A program made the position numbers and the translations under genes. From assembly GCA_900317285.1 (NCBI GenBank), contig ONGA01000011.1, forward strand, positions 4,107 to 68,106: a stretch of DNA of 64,000 nt. Reading direction: 5' to 3'. The notes beneath the pieces are model-generated. The model was not told where the DNA came from. It saw nothing but the letters and a program-made list of their open reading frames with translations, and ran no database searches. This stretch comes from an uncultured Bacteroidales bacterium (lineage in GTDB: Bacteria; Bacteroidota; Bacteroidia; Bacteroidales; P3). This document shows, in pieces, positions 25,419 through 35,739 of the stretch (position 1 is the first letter of the stretch; each line of letters starts with the position of its first letter).

Positions 25419-25814
25419 TTACATTTGTATAACGAATCAGGTAATTTACTATATTTACAATTGTAATTTTATACTCTTTTCGATACATTTACAATTGTAA
25501 TCAGTAGAATTCTGTAAAAATTGTTAAATATGCTGCTTTTGCCTTTGTTTAAAATATCTCATGATTAATAATCAGTATATTATGTATAACATTTAAAGTG
25601 ATTATTTAAGATTATGGGCACTTCGAGCGATGGTTTAATGCAGATTGAGTGATTACTATTAAATTCAAATATATTAATGTTTTATGCTACGTTAATTAAA
25701 GTAAAGGTTGTTATGGTTAAACTGGTTACAAATGTAATATTGTTAAATGGTGTTTTGTATGTCAAAAATTATGTGTACATTTGTAAAACCAAAAATTGGA
25801 TATTACAATTGTAA
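25419..25814. promoter_or_regulatory. array of 12-bp palindromes TTACAATTGTAA (3 perfect, 3 variant) upstream of the XRE-type regulator
   Basis: Perfect copies at 25455-25466, 25489-25500 and 25803-25814. Variants: TTACATTTGTAT 25419-25430, TTACAAATGTAA 25726-25737, GTACATTTGTAA 25775-25786. Confidence 0.6.
25776..25783 (+). promoter_or_regulatory. -7 promoter box (TACATTTG) overlapping a variant palindrome
   Basis: 36 nt upstream of ATG 25819. Confidence 0.4.
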
Positions 25815-25818
25815 GAAT

Positions 25819-26319
25819 ATGATAAACAGGATAAATCTTATTTTGCGGGCGAAAAATATCACCGCAAAACAGTTTGCAGAGGAGATCGGAATCCAGCCCT
25901 CCGGAATGTCGCATATTTTGAGTGGTCGAAACAACCCCAGTCTGGAGTTTGTCAGCAAGGTTATCCGCCGCTACCCCGAGATTGACGCCAACTGGCTGCT
26001 GCTGGGCAAGGGTGAGATGTATGGGCAATTGGGAAGCAGGAATCAGGAATCAGGAATGAGGGAGGAGGAATCCTTGTCCGAACCCACGCTCTTTTCGGCG
26101 CCTTTGCCGGCGCCTGCGCCCCTACCCGAGCCGGAGGAAGCTGTGGAGGAACAGGAAATCCGTGAGGAGTGTGATTTGCAGGATTTGCCGGATTGTGTGA
26201 GTGAGGAGCGCGGGCAGGAGAAAAAGGAACCTGCGCCTATCAAGCATGACGGGCGCAGGATGGTGAAGATTCTGATGTTCTACGACGACCACACTTTCGA
26301 GGAGTATCGTCCGCTTTAG
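25819..26319 (+). CDS. XRE-family helix-turn-helix regulator (Bacteroidota type with a conserved C-terminal domain)
   Basis: Start MINRINLILRAKNITAKQFAEEIGIQPSGMSHILSGRNNPSLEFV. C-terminal RRMVKILMFYDDHTFEEYRP. Confidence 0.75.
   Translation: MINRINLILRAKNITAKQFAEEIGIQPSGMSHILSGRNNPSLEFVSKVIRRYPEIDANWLLLGKGEMYGQLGSRNQESGMREEESLSEPTLFSAPLPAPAPLPEPEEAVEEQEIREECDLQDLPDCVSEERGQEKKEPAPIKHDGRRMVKILMFYDDHTFEEYRPL
26033..26072. repeat. 7-bp AGGAATC stutter repeat in frame inside the HTH gene
   Basis: gaagcaggaatcaggaatcaggaatgagggaggaggaatc encodes GSRNQESGMREEES. Confidence 0.75.
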
Positions 26320-26819
26320 TCCTTGTTGGGTGTTTTGTTGCGCCAGAAGCGCGGTGTGAGGTCGTGGAGGATGTTGCCGGGCTCGGTGTTGCGCCGGTGC
26401 TGCACGAGGTAGAGGCGTTGGTTGGTCTTGGGCGATTTCAGTGGTCCGAGGTGAGCCAGGTAGGGCCCCAGTTTCACGTAGTCCAAGTTGTTTAGATCCA
26501 CCTCTTTGGCGAGCAGTGTGCGGCCGCTGTACCAGGCGGTTTTGAGGTTGGGGTGACGCTCTTTCAGCCGAGCAGCGATGTTGTTGACCTCGGCGGGATT
26601 GGCGTCGCCGCCCATGAACGCCACGCAGCTCACGCCCGCGGGCTGATGCTCGAGCAGGCAGTCGATGGCTTCGTCGGTCAGCGGCTCCCCTATGTCGCCC
26701 CAGAGCTGCGGCGAATGGCATCCCGGGCAGCGGCAGGGACATCCCGAGAGGTTGACGGCCAGCGTCACCTCGTCGGGAATTTCCTGGAAGACGATATCTG
26801 TGTTAGTATATTTTAGCAT
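26316..26819 (-). CDS. nrdG: anaerobic ribonucleoside-triphosphate reductase activating protein
   Basis: Start MLKYTNTDIVFQEIPDEVTLAVNLSGCPCRCPGCHSP (ATG 26817-26819). The track ORF extends upstream artificially. Confidence 0.85.
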   Translation of the reverse strand: MLKYTNTDIVFQEIPDEVTLAVNLSGCPCRCPGCHSPQLWGDIGEPLTDEAIDCLLEHQPAGVSCVAFMGGDANPAEVNNIAARLKERHPNLKTAWYSGRTLLAKEVDLNNLDYVKLGPYLAHLGPLKSPKTNQRLYLVQHRRNTEPGNILHDLTPRFWRNKTPNKD

Positions 26820-26902
26820 TTTTGTTTTTGTCTCCCGCTTCGCGAAATCCTTGAAATCTTGGAGATTATTTCCGGGATTTCCGCCGAAGGCGGGGAGTCT
26901 AT

Positions 26903-28999
26903 TTAGTTCATGGTAGCGTAGTAGCGGCGGGCGGCTTCCTGCTGGCGCGGCTGGCTGAAGTTGGAGACGCGTTTGAGGTAGCCGATGATGCGGGTCATGT
27001 AGTCGACGTTCTTGGAATGGCAGTTGGGGCACTCCTTGAGGTAGCGCTTGTCGATGTGGCCGCAGTCGTTGCAGATGGTGTTGGGGATGTTGAAGGTGAA
27101 GTAGTTGCAACCCTCCTTGGCAGCCACCTGCAGCAGCTGCATGTACTGCTCCTGGGTGAGGTGTTCCTCGAGGTTGCAGTGGAGTGCGGAGCCGCCGGTG
27201 AGGTGCTCGATGTAGTGTTTGCCATGGAGGCGGAACTTGTCCAGAACGGTGAGCGACTGGTCCTCGACGATGTAGAAGTAGGAGTTGTAGCAGTCGCGCG
27301 GCACGAAGTAGCCGTCCTCGCGGTCCCACTTGGCGTGTTTGACGCCGACGTTCTCGGCGGGGATCATCTCGCAGTTGAACATGACTTCCTTGGTGCGGTA
27401 TTCCTTGTTTTTCTTCTCCACCAGGCCGAGGACGGTCTGCACGAACTCGCGGTATTCGGGGCTGTCCTTGATGGCGATGCCCATGAACTCGGCAGCCTCG
27501 ACGAGGCCGTTGACGCCGATGGTGAGGTACTGGCGTGAGATGTCGATGTAGCCTGCATCGAAGAGCGGCAGCATGCCGTGGCGCTGCAACTCCTTGAGGT
27601 TCTCGTTGTAGGCGAGCTGCACCTTGTGGCAGAGGTCGATGATGTCGGTGAGGAACTCCTTATAGTCCTTGCCGTTCTTGACGGCATACTGGATGCAGCG
27701 GTTGAGGTTGATGGTGAGCACCGATTTGGAGCCAGTGGAGACGCCGCCGGCACCGAGGGTGTAGCTGAAGCCGTTGTCGGTGATTTCGTTGCGCAGACGG
27801 CAGCAGGAGCTCAGGGAGTCGGCATTGTCGGAGATATAGGTGAAGAAGGAGTGGCCCTCGGAGTACATCTCGGCGGTGAAGTTTGCCATATCCTCGTCGA
27901 CGAATTTGCCGTTTTTGTCGTAGAGCAGGGCCATGGTTTCGACGGGGAAGGTGAGCACGGCCTTGGTGCGTTCCTGGTTGAACCAGCGCATGAAACGCTT
28001 CTGGAGCCAGCAGAGACCGTCCCAGTCGGGCTCGCTGCCGTCGGGGAAGCGGAACTCGCCGAAAAGGCTCTCGAAGTAGGGCTTGTCGTAGTAGGCCACG
28101 TTCCAGAACACCGCCTGGTAGTTGCGGGCGCCGGTGGGCTGGTTGAGTGAGTAGACGATTTGCTCGAAGCAGTCGGTGATGATCTTGTCCATCGTCTTCT
28201 GACGCAGCGAGAGATCGACCACCTTGTCGGGCTCTTTCCAGTATTCCTTGCCGTAGTCCTTCTGGATGAAGTAGTTGAGGTACATGAGGAACTCCGGGGT
28301 GGCGCAGGCGCCGCTCAGCATGGAGGAGACCATGAAGACCATGTTGATGAAGCCGCCGCAGTAGGATTTGAGGTTGGTGGGAGCCGTGGAGTTGCCGCCG
28401 ATGCTGGTGGTGCCGCCCAGCAGCCAGGGATACATGGTGATGGAGGCGCAGTAGTTGGCGAGGCTCGTCTCGTCGTTCTTGTAGATGAAGTGGTGCGTCA
28501 GGAGGTCGATGTAGCGGTCGCTCATCTCCTTGCCGTACATCTGTTTGATGCGGTCGGTGAGGAGGCGGCGGTTGAGGCGGATGAATCCGCTCTTCGGCAG
28601 TTCGCCGATAAGGGTGGCGATGTTCTTGTGCTCCACGTTGGCGTTGGCGTCGAACTTGGAACCCGTGGCGGCATTGGCGGCCACCACATAGTCGCTCAGG
28701 AAGTGCAGTTTCTCCATCGTCTCGCGGTCCTCGGTGTGCTGCTGGCGGTAGAGGATGAAGCTCTTTGCCACGTTGTAGTAGCCCTCTTGCATCAGGGCCA
28801 CTTCCACCTGGTTCTGTATTTCCTCGACGGTGATGCCGTCATGGATGTCGATGCGTGAAAGGATTTTCGACAGGCGGCCCAGGTCGATGGTCTCGTTCTG
28901 AGAGTTAAACGCCTTGATGATGGCGTTCATTATTTTGTCGAGAGAGAAGCGTTCCTGCGTTCCGTCGCGTTTGGTGATGGTGAAACTGTTGGTCTCCAT
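26903..28999 (-). CDS. nrdD: anaerobic (class III) ribonucleoside-triphosphate reductase
   Basis: 698 aa. ATP-cone N-terminus. Zn ribbon CNDCGH...CPNCHS. Glycyl-radical tail RIIGYLKRV. Confidence 0.95.
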   Translation of the reverse strand: METNSFTITKRDGTQERFSLDKIMNAIIKAFNSQNETIDLGRLSKILSRIDIHDGITVEEIQNQVEVALMQEGYYNVAKSFILYRQQHTEDRETMEKLHFLSDYVVAANAATGSKFDANANVEHKNIATLIGELPKSGFIRLNRRLLTDRIKQMYGKEMSDRYIDLLTHHFIYKNDETSLANYCASITMYPWLLGGTTSIGGNSTAPTNLKSYCGGFINMVFMVSSMLSGACATPEFLMYLNYFIQKDYGKEYWKEPDKVVDLSLRQKTMDKIITDCFEQIVYSLNQPTGARNYQAVFWNVAYYDKPYFESLFGEFRFPDGSEPDWDGLCWLQKRFMRWFNQERTKAVLTFPVETMALLYDKNGKFVDEDMANFTAEMYSEGHSFFTYISDNADSLSSCCRLRNEITDNGFSYTLGAGGVSTGSKSVLTINLNRCIQYAVKNGKDYKEFLTDIIDLCHKVQLAYNENLKELQRHGMLPLFDAGYIDISRQYLTIGVNGLVEAAEFMGIAIKDSPEYREFVQTVLGLVEKKNKEYRTKEVMFNCEMIPAENVGVKHAKWDREDGYFVPRDCYNSYFYIVEDQSLTVLDKFRLHGKHYIEHLTGGSALHCNLEEHLTQEQYMQLLQVAAKEGCNYFTFNIPNTICNDCGHIDKRYLKECPNCHSKNVDYMTRIIGYLKRVSNFSQPRQQEAARRYYATMN

Positions 29000-29118
29000 T
29001 GTCTAATATTTTTTCTTGTTTTGTCGTTTCAATCAAAATTCGCGCAAGGAAACCGACGCTGAAGCGTAAGTGTCAACGGCCGGCTTTTGACGCGAAAGCG
29101 GCATGTTCAAAGTGCATG

Positions 29119-29286
29119 TCCGTGGCAGGTCTCCTGGCTTTCCGCATGCCGATACGCCTTCTCAGGAAGTTGGTTCCCAATGGCTTAGTGTATCGACCTT
29201 GGAGGCGGATTCACAGTTGCGCGACAGCTCGCGATTTCCACGCGATTCCCTCTTCGTCCCTCCCCCGTAGGGGATGGAACCACGGC
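29119..29286 (-). ncRNA. cobalamin (B12) riboswitch aptamer in the nrdDG leader
   Basis: The minus strand reads ...CCGTGGTTCC...AGGGAATCGCGTGGAAATCGCGAGCTGTCGCGCAACTGTGAATCC...AAGCCAGGAGACCTGCCACGG. It has a B12 box (AGCCAGGAGACCTGCC) and a closing P1 helix CCGTGG/CCACGG. Confidence 0.85.
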
Positions 29287-29340
29287 AATCTGTTCATGTC
29301 AAGGTACTTGTATCGGGTACACCGCTACTTAAACACGGTG

Positions 29341-29348
29341 CAAAGATA
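29341..29348 (-). promoter_or_regulatory. -7 promoter box (TATCTTTG) driving the riboswitch-nrdDG transcript
   Basis: gtgcaaagatacaatc, ~55 nt upstream of the aptamer. Confidence 0.45.
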
Positions 29349-29504
29349 CAATCATTCCATCACACGGCAAAATAAAGTTCTTAACTTCCGCCTGTTGAAA
29401 ACCTCTTCCAATCGTTGCCCTGCAAAGCGCTGGCGGATGTTCCCTCTTTGCATGAGTCGAAACCGGCAGTCCATTTTTTTTTTATATAATATCAATATTT
29501 TTAT

Positions 29505-29512
29505 TATCTTTG
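29505..29512 (+). promoter_or_regulatory. -7 promoter box (TATCTTTG) for leuS
   Basis: ttattatctttgcagt, followed by the leader hairpin CACGGTC gagcgaaa GACCGTG (29518-29539). Confidence 0.5.
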
Positions 29513-29558
29513 CAGTTCACGGTCGAGCGAAAGACCGTGCGTAATTTATTGATACAAA

Positions 29559-32399
29559 ATGGACTATAACTACAGCGAAATCGAGCCGCGCTGGCAAAAG
29601 CACTGGCGCGAAGCGGGTGTCTACCACACCGAAGTGGTCGACGGCAAGCCCCACTACTATGTTTTGGACATGTTTCCCTACCCCTCGGGTGCGGGTCTTC
29701 ACGTAGGCCATCCCCTGGGATATATCGCGAGCGACATCTATGCCCGCTACAAGCGTTTGCGCGGCTTCAACGTCCTGCACCCCATGGGCTACGACGCCTA
29801 CGGCCTCCCCGCCGAGCAGTACGCCATCCAGACCGGCCAGCATCCCGCCATCACTACCGAGCAGAACATTAAGCGCTACCGCGAGCAGCTCGACAAGATT
29901 GGCTTCTCTTTCGACTGGGACCGCGAGGTGCGCACCTGCGACCCCAAGTACTACAAGTGGACGCAGTGGACTTTCCTCCAGCTTTTCAAACATTACTATG
30001 ACAATACCGCCAACAAGGCACTGCCTGTCAGCGCCCTTGAGGAGCGTTTCGCCCAGCGTGGCACCGAGGGTCTCGATGCCGCCTGCTCCGAGCCGCTGAG
30101 CTTCACCGCCGCCGAGTGGAACGGCTGGGATGAGAAGCGTCGCCAGCAGGTGCTGATGAACTACCGCCTCGCCTACCTCGCCGATATCCCTGTGAACTGG
30201 TGTGCCGAACTTGGCACCGTCCTTGCCAACGACGAGGTCGTCAACGGACTGTCTGTCCGTGGCGGCTACCCTGTCGAACGCAAGCTCATGCGCCAGTGGA
30301 GCCTCCGCATCACCGCCTACGCCCAGCGCTTGGTTGATGGGCTTGAGAAGGTGGACTGGACCGACAGCCTCAAGGAGATCCAGCGCAACTGGATTGGCCG
30401 CAGCGAAGGTGCCGCGGTGTGGTTCCCGCTGGAAAATGGGGGTAAGGACCTTAAAGACCCCAAAAACTCGTTCGAGATTTTTACTACCAGACCCGATACA
30501 ATCTTCGGTGTGACATTCATGGTGCTCTGCCCCGAGCATGAGTTGATAGACCAGATTACCACTCCCGAGCAGAAAGCCGAGGTGGAAGCCTATGTGACTT
30601 GGGCTAAGAACCGCAGTGAGCGTGAGCGCCAGGCCGAGGTGAAGAAGGTCTCCGGTGTCTTCACCGGGGCCTATGCCATCAATCCCCTCACCGAGGAGAA
30701 AATTCCCATCTGGGTCTCCGACTATGTGCTTGCCGGCTATGGTACCGGCGCCATCATGGCAGTGCCCGCCCACGACAGCCGCGACTTTGCCTTTGCACGC
30801 CACTTCCACCTGCCTATCCGTCAGGTGGTGGCCCTCGAGAAGGATGCTGTCAGCGACCCCGCCACGTGGGATGAAAGCATGGATGCCAAGACGGGCTATT
30901 CGGTCAACAGTGGTTTTGTGACCGGGATGAAGGTGAAAGAGGCCATGGCTGCCGTCATCGACCGTATCGAGGAGATGGGCATCGGCCACCGCACCGTGAA
31001 TTTCCGCCTGCGCGACGCTATCTTCAGCCGCCAGCGCTACTGGGGCGAGCCCTTCCCCATCTACTACAAGGACAATACCCCGTATCCTATTCCCGAGGAG
31101 TGCCTGCCGCTGGAGCTGCCCGAGGTGAGTGAGTTCAAGCCCACTGCCACTGGTGAGCCCCCGCTGGGTCACGCACAGAAATGGGCCTGGAACGAGCCTA
31201 ACCGTTGTGTCACCGACAAGTCGAGAATCGACAACAAGACCGTTTTTCCGCTTGAACTCAGCACGATGCCCGGTTTTGCCGGCAGCAGTGGATACTATCT
31301 CCGTTATATGGATCCGCGCAACGACAAGGCCTACTTCGGCAAGGAAGCTGTCAACTATTGGCAGAAAGTCGACCTCTATGTTGGCGGTGCCGAGCATGCC
31401 TCGGGTCACCTTATCTACTCCCGCTTCTGGAACAAGTTCCTCCACGATATCGGTATGTCGGTGGTTGAGGAGCCTTTCCAGAAACTCATCAACCAGGGTA
31501 TGATACAGGGACGCTCGAATTTCGTCTATCGCAGCAAGACCGACAACAATCTCTTTATTTCGAAGGGTTTGATCAAAGACATGGATGATGTTACCCCCAT
31601 CCATGTCGATATCAATATTGTCGACAACGATGTGCTCGACATCGAGCGCTTCCGCCAGTGGCGTCCCGAGTTTGCCGATGCCCGCTTTGAGCTGGAAGAG
31701 GGCAAGTACATCTGCGGCTGGGAGGTCGAGAAGATGAGCAAGAGCATGTTCAATGTCCAGAACCCCGACGACCTTGTAGCCCGCTATGGAGCCGACACCC
31801 TGCGCCTTTACGAGATGTTCCTTGGTCCCGTGGAGCAGGCTAAGCCTTGGGACACCAACGGCATTGAGGGTGTCCACCGCTTCCTGAAGAAGTTCTGGAA
31901 ACTGTACGACACTGCGGAAATCAAGGACGCTAATGACCTCAAGGCAGAGCTCAAAATCCTTCACCAGACCATAAAGAAGATTACCGACGACATTGAGCGC
32001 TTCTCTTTCAATACCGCCGTGTCCACCTTCATGATTTGCACCAACCAGCTGACTGACCTGAAGTGCTCCAGCCGTGAGGTGCTTGAGCCATTGGTGGTCC
32101 TCCTGGCTCCATTCGCCCCGCATATTGCCGAGGAGCTGTGGCACCGCATCGGCAATGACACTACTGTCTGTGATGCCCAGTGGCCAGTGTGTGACGAGAA
32201 GTATCTCGTCGAGGACACTGTGAAGTATCCCGTGCAATTCAACGGCAAGATGCGTTTCATGCTCGACCTCCCCGCGACCTGTACGCAGGAGGAAGCCGTC
32301 GCCGCCGTCAAGGCAGCTCCCGAGGCTGCCAAATGGCTCACCGGGGAACCCAAGAAGGTGATATTCGTTCCCAAGAAGATTATCAATGTTGTTGTTTAA
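29559..32399 (+). CDS. leuS: leucine--tRNA ligase
   Basis: 946 aa. HIGH-type HVGHPLGY; KMSKS. Confidence 0.98.
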   Translation: MDYNYSEIEPRWQKHWREAGVYHTEVVDGKPHYYVLDMFPYPSGAGLHVGHPLGYIASDIYARYKRLRGFNVLHPMGYDAYGLPAEQYAIQTGQHPAITTEQNIKRYREQLDKIGFSFDWDREVRTCDPKYYKWTQWTFLQLFKHYYDNTANKALPVSALEERFAQRGTEGLDAACSEPLSFTAAEWNGWDEKRRQQVLMNYRLAYLADIPVNWCAELGTVLANDEVVNGLSVRGGYPVERKLMRQWSLRITAYAQRLVDGLEKVDWTDSLKEIQRNWIGRSEGAAVWFPLENGGKDLKDPKNSFEIFTTRPDTIFGVTFMVLCPEHELIDQITTPEQKAEVEAYVTWAKNRSERERQAEVKKVSGVFTGAYAINPLTEEKIPIWVSDYVLAGYGTGAIMAVPAHDSRDFAFARHFHLPIRQVVALEKDAVSDPATWDESMDAKTGYSVNSGFVTGMKVKEAMAAVIDRIEEMGIGHRTVNFRLRDAIFSRQRYWGEPFPIYYKDNTPYPIPEECLPLELPEVSEFKPTATGEPPLGHAQKWAWNEPNRCVTDKSRIDNKTVFPLELSTMPGFAGSSGYYLRYMDPRNDKAYFGKEAVNYWQKVDLYVGGAEHASGHLIYSRFWNKFLHDIGMSVVEEPFQKLINQGMIQGRSNFVYRSKTDNNLFISKGLIKDMDDVTPIHVDINIVDNDVLDIERFRQWRPEFADARFELEEGKYICGWEVEKMSKSMFNVQNPDDLVARYGADTLRLYEMFLGPVEQAKPWDTNGIEGVHRFLKKFWKLYDTAEIKDANDLKAELKILHQTIKKITDDIERFSFNTAVSTFMICTNQLTDLKCSSREVLEPLVVLLAPFAPHIAEELWHRIGNDTTVCDAQWPVCDEKYLVEDTVKYPVQFNGKMRFMLDLPATCTQEEAVAAVKAAPEAAKWLTGEPKKVIFVPKKIINVVV

Positions 32400-32423
32400 T
32401 AGCATAAAAAAATAGAGAAATAG

Positions 32424-33392
32424 ATGCTGAGCAGACATTTTTTGAGATGCAAGGTACTGCAGACGGTGTATGCCGGACGCTATGAGAATACTGATGTCAT
32501 TACCATGTCGAAAAATTTCGACTACCACATGGTGCGCCTCAACGAACTGGGTGTGCTGCAGGTTGCGCTGCTGCCTCGCATGGTCGAGGTTGCCGAGCAG
32601 GTGATGGAAGAAGGCAAGAAAAAGTTCCGTCCCACGGAGGAGGAGCAAAACCCCAATATGAAGATTGTCGGCAACGAGTTCATCCGCCGCATGACAGACA
32701 ATTTCGAACTGAAAAAACACATGGAAAGCTGGTGCGGTTGCTGGGACACCCACGAGGAACTCATCCGTGAGGCTTTTATGGATTTCCGCCGCCTGAAGGA
32801 ATATCGCGATTATATCAGCTCTCCTGAGCGCAGTTTCAGTGACGACAAGGAATTTGCTATTCTCATGTTCCGCTATCTGATGAACCGTGAGGCGCTGGTG
32901 GCAATAGTCGGTGAGCGCAGCCTCCTTTGGGAGGATGATTTTGAGCAGATTGCCCAATACAATTTCATGATGCTCAAAACCCTCAACGAGGACAACTTCG
33001 ACGAGGCAATGCAGTGGCCCGTGATGTACGACAAGCGCATTGAGAAGGACGAGGAGGACATGGTCTTCGCCCGCCAGTTGTTGCGCGACACCATTGCGTG
33101 TCGTGAGGAGGCGGAGGAACTCACCCGCCAGCACCTGCAGGGATGGGAGTTCGAACGCGTAAGCCCCATGGACATCCTGCTTATCAACATGGCTGTGGCC
33201 GAGTTTACCAGCTGTCCCACCATTCCCGAGAAGGTGACGGTGGATGAATACATCGAACTCTCCAAAGAATTCAGCTCTGAACGTAGCAAACTGTTCATCA
33301 ACGGCATTCTTGATAAACTTATTCTCGAACTGCGTTCGAAAGGTCGCATCAAGAAAACCGGCCGCGGACTACTTGAAAACACTATAGAATAA
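32424..33392 (+). CDS. nusB: transcription antitermination factor NusB (long Bacteroidota form)
   Basis: 322 aa. C-terminal NusB domain ...MDILLINMAVAEF...EYIELSKEFSSERSKLFINGILDKL. Confidence 0.8.
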   Translation: MLSRHFLRCKVLQTVYAGRYENTDVITMSKNFDYHMVRLNELGVLQVALLPRMVEVAEQVMEEGKKKFRPTEEEQNPNMKIVGNEFIRRMTDNFELKKHMESWCGCWDTHEELIREAFMDFRRLKEYRDYISSPERSFSDDKEFAILMFRYLMNREALVAIVGERSLLWEDDFEQIAQYNFMMLKTLNEDNFDEAMQWPVMYDKRIEKDEEDMVFARQLLRDTIACREEAEELTRQHLQGWEFERVSPMDILLINMAVAEFTSCPTIPEKVTVDEYIELSKEFSSERSKLFINGILDKLILELRSKGRIKKTGRGLLENTIE

Positions 33393-33412
33393 AATAAGTA
33401 CATTATTATATT

Positions 33413-33859
33413 ATGAAATATCATTTCATTGCGGTTCTGTTCAGTACCCTCCTGCTGGCTTCCTGCGGTGGGGGCAAGAGTGAAGAGGTGAATGTTGACC
33501 TCATCAACAACCCCCAGAGTGCGGAAGGTTACGACACATCGGTCAAGATGCCTGTCATCACTTTCGACCAGGAGATGCATGATTTCGGCCGCCTTTCGGC
33601 AGGGGAGAGCATCAGCTACGGGTTCCATTTCCGCAACACTGGCACTGCAGACTTGGTCATCTCCTCGTGCAGCGCCACTTGTGGATGCACCGTGGCGAAT
33701 TATCCTACCGAACGTATCGCTCCGGGCGGTGAGGGCTACATCACTGTCACCTTCAAATCGGCGGGCAAAGCCGGTCAGCAGTATCAGGAGGTGACGGTCA
33801 TCACCAACGCCCAGCCTGCGAGTACGGTGCTGAAAATCATGGCTCGCGTGGGTCAATAA
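33413..33859 (+). CDS. DUF1573 domain lipoprotein
   Basis: 148 aa. LLASC lipobox. HDFGRL...FRNTGTADLVISSCSATCGCT. Confidence 0.8.
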   Translation: MKYHFIAVLFSTLLLASCGGGKSEEVNVDLINNPQSAEGYDTSVKMPVITFDQEMHDFGRLSAGESISYGFHFRNTGTADLVISSCSATCGCTVANYPTERIAPGGEGYITVTFKSAGKAGQQYQEVTVITNAQPASTVLKIMARVGQ

Positions 33860-33892
33860 ATTATGAATTAAACATTAAAACTTATAAAAGAC

Positions 33893-34198
33893 ATGACAAT
33901 TTCAACTATTTTGCTTCAAGCCGCCCAGGGTGGCGGTATGGGTGGCTCCATGATTTGGATTATCCTCATTCTCATTGTGATGTGGGTTCTGATGCTTCGC
34001 CCTCAGCGTAAAAAAGAGAAAGAGGAACGCAAGTTCCGCGAAGGACTGAAGAAAGGCGACCGTGTGGTCTTCTCCGGTGGCATTTATGGCAAGGTGCACG
34101 AAGTCGAAGCCGCTACCGTCGAGGTGGAAGTCTCCAACGGAGTCATCCTCACCGTCGAGAAGAGCATGATCCAGCCCGCTCCTGAAGAGAAGAAGTGA
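33893..34198 (+). CDS. yajC: preprotein translocase subunit YajC
   Basis: 101 aa. MLRPQRKKEKE...GDRVVFSGGIYGKV. Confidence 0.9.
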   Translation: MTISTILLQAAQGGGMGGSMIWIILILIVMWVLMLRPQRKKEKEERKFREGLKKGDRVVFSGGIYGKVHEVEAATVEVEVSNGVILTVEKSMIQPAPEEKK

Positions 34199-35151
34199 AG
34201 CACTTCCTAGCCATACTTGGACTTACAGCCCTGGTTTGGCTGGCTGTGGCGATGTCGGAATACCACGAGTATCCACTCCATGTAAAGGTGGAAATGAAGG
34301 GTTACGACACCGACCGCTATGCTGTGCTTTCTGCCGATACCGCCCTTGCCATCTCTGTTGAATTCAGTGGCTTCAATGCTTTTTGGCTTGGTGTACGCAA
34401 CAAGGAGGTCAAACTCTCCTTGGATATGCACAGCGAACTGGTACACAAATATTCCCGCTGGCGTGACGGCAGGCAGGAACTCTGCCGCACCGTTGCGGTC
34501 GACGACCTCGACGAGATGCTGCGGGAGCAACTTGACGGTTACGGCATCCGCAATCTCAACAGTTCCCGCGACTCCCTGCAACTGCTTCTTGTGGAGCGCA
34601 GCCACAAAGTCCTGCGTCCATCCATAGACAGTCTCTCATTCTCTTTTGCCGACGGCTACGGTCTCTATGGCGAACCCACAGTGTCGCCTCGCGAGGTCAC
34701 CCTCTATGGTACCGAAGAGGCACTGGCTCAAATCAACGAGCTCAACGTCAAACCCCTTAACATTACGGGTATCGATGGCTCCCGACGTTACCGTCTGGTG
34801 CTGGAACCCGTATGGAAGGAGTTCGGCGACGTTTATGTGTCGTCAGAATATCTGACGCTTACGCTGCCGGTCGAGCGTTTTGTGGAGCGCGAATATTCGC
34901 TGCCTGTCATTGTCGAGGGTGCCGATACCACAGTGAACCTCCGCATCTATCCCGACCATGTCAATGTGCGGGTATGGGTGGCGCAGAAAGACATCCCTTC
35001 GGTTTCGGCAGACCGCTTTTTGCTTGTTGCTAACTATAGGGATATTCTCAATGGCTCCCAGCGCCTGAAACTTCGCTTGGCGCGATTCCCCGAGGGAGTG
35101 CGCATACGCAGTTTCTCTTCCGACGAAGTGCAGTATGTGATAATCAAATAA
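34195..35151 (+). CDS. YbbR-like domain protein
   Basis: 318 aa. N-terminal TM. GTG start overlapping the yajC stop. Conserved position after yajC in Bacteroidales. Confidence 0.55.
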   Translation: MKHFLAILGLTALVWLAVAMSEYHEYPLHVKVEMKGYDTDRYAVLSADTALAISVEFSGFNAFWLGVRNKEVKLSLDMHSELVHKYSRWRDGRQELCRTVAVDDLDEMLREQLDGYGIRNLNSSRDSLQLLLVERSHKVLRPSIDSLSFSFADGYGLYGEPTVSPREVTLYGTEEALAQINELNVKPLNITGIDGSRRYRLVLEPVWKEFGDVYVSSEYLTLTLPVERFVEREYSLPVIVEGADTTVNLRIYPDHVNVRVWVAQKDIPSVSADRFLLVANYRDILNGSQRLKLRLARFPEGVRIRSFSSDEVQYVIIK

Positions 35152-35157
35152 TATGGG

Positions 35158-35739
35158 ATGAAGAGGGTAGGTATCACCGGAGGAATAGGGTGCGGCAAAA
35201 GCACCGTGGTTGCCGAGTTCGAAAGGATTGGGGTGCCGTCGTTCGTTGCCGACAAGGTGGCAGCTGCCTACTATGACGATGCCTCTTTCCTCGACGAGGT
35301 TCGCCGCCTGCTCGGCGAGGATGTTTTTCTCCCTGACGGCAGGGCCGACAAGCGTGCCATTGCCGCCCGAGTTTTTGATGACAAATCTCTGCTCCAATCT
35401 CTTAACGCGCTGGTGCATCCGCGTGTGATTAAGGATTTTGATGTCTTTTGCACCCAACATAAGGCGGAACCCTATGTGCTCTTCGAGAGTGCCATACTCT
35501 ATGACTACGGATTCGACCGCCTGATGGACAAGGTGGTCTGCGTCTACCTTCATCTGGAGGAGCGTCTGCAGAGGCTGATGCTTCGTGACGGTCTCTCCCG
35601 CCAGCAGCTGATGGCCCGCATCTCCAACCAGATGCCTGCCGAAGAGGTGATGCTTCGTGCCGATTATGTAATCCTCAACTATGAGGGCAATCCCCGCCGC
35701 CGCCAGGTGGCTTATATTGACGAAATGCTAAAAAGATGA
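35158..35739 (+). CDS. coaE: dephospho-CoA kinase
   Basis: 193 aa. P-loop GGIGCGKST. Confidence 0.9.
   Translation: MKRVGITGGIGCGKSTVVAEFERIGVPSFVADKVAAAYYDDASFLDEVRRLLGEDVFLPDGRADKRAIAARVFDDKSLLQSLNALVHPRVIKDFDVFCTQHKAEPYVLFESAILYDYGFDRLMDKVVCVYLHLEERLQRLMLRDGLSRQQLMARISNQMPAEEVMLRADYVILNYEGNPRRRQVAYIDEMLKR

Noticed and set aside
28999-29544. 181-aa plus-strand ORF upstream of leuS
   Set aside because: It covers the cobalamin riboswitch and the nrdD promoter on the opposite strand. Its composition is atypical, and the leuS -7 box lies inside it.
29517-33134. 1205-aa minus-strand ORF, the longest of its kind in the window
   Set aside because: It runs antisense across leuS and nusB, both unambiguous on the plus strand. 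It has the same L/V/G/A/E shadow composition. It begins inside the leuS promoter and leader.
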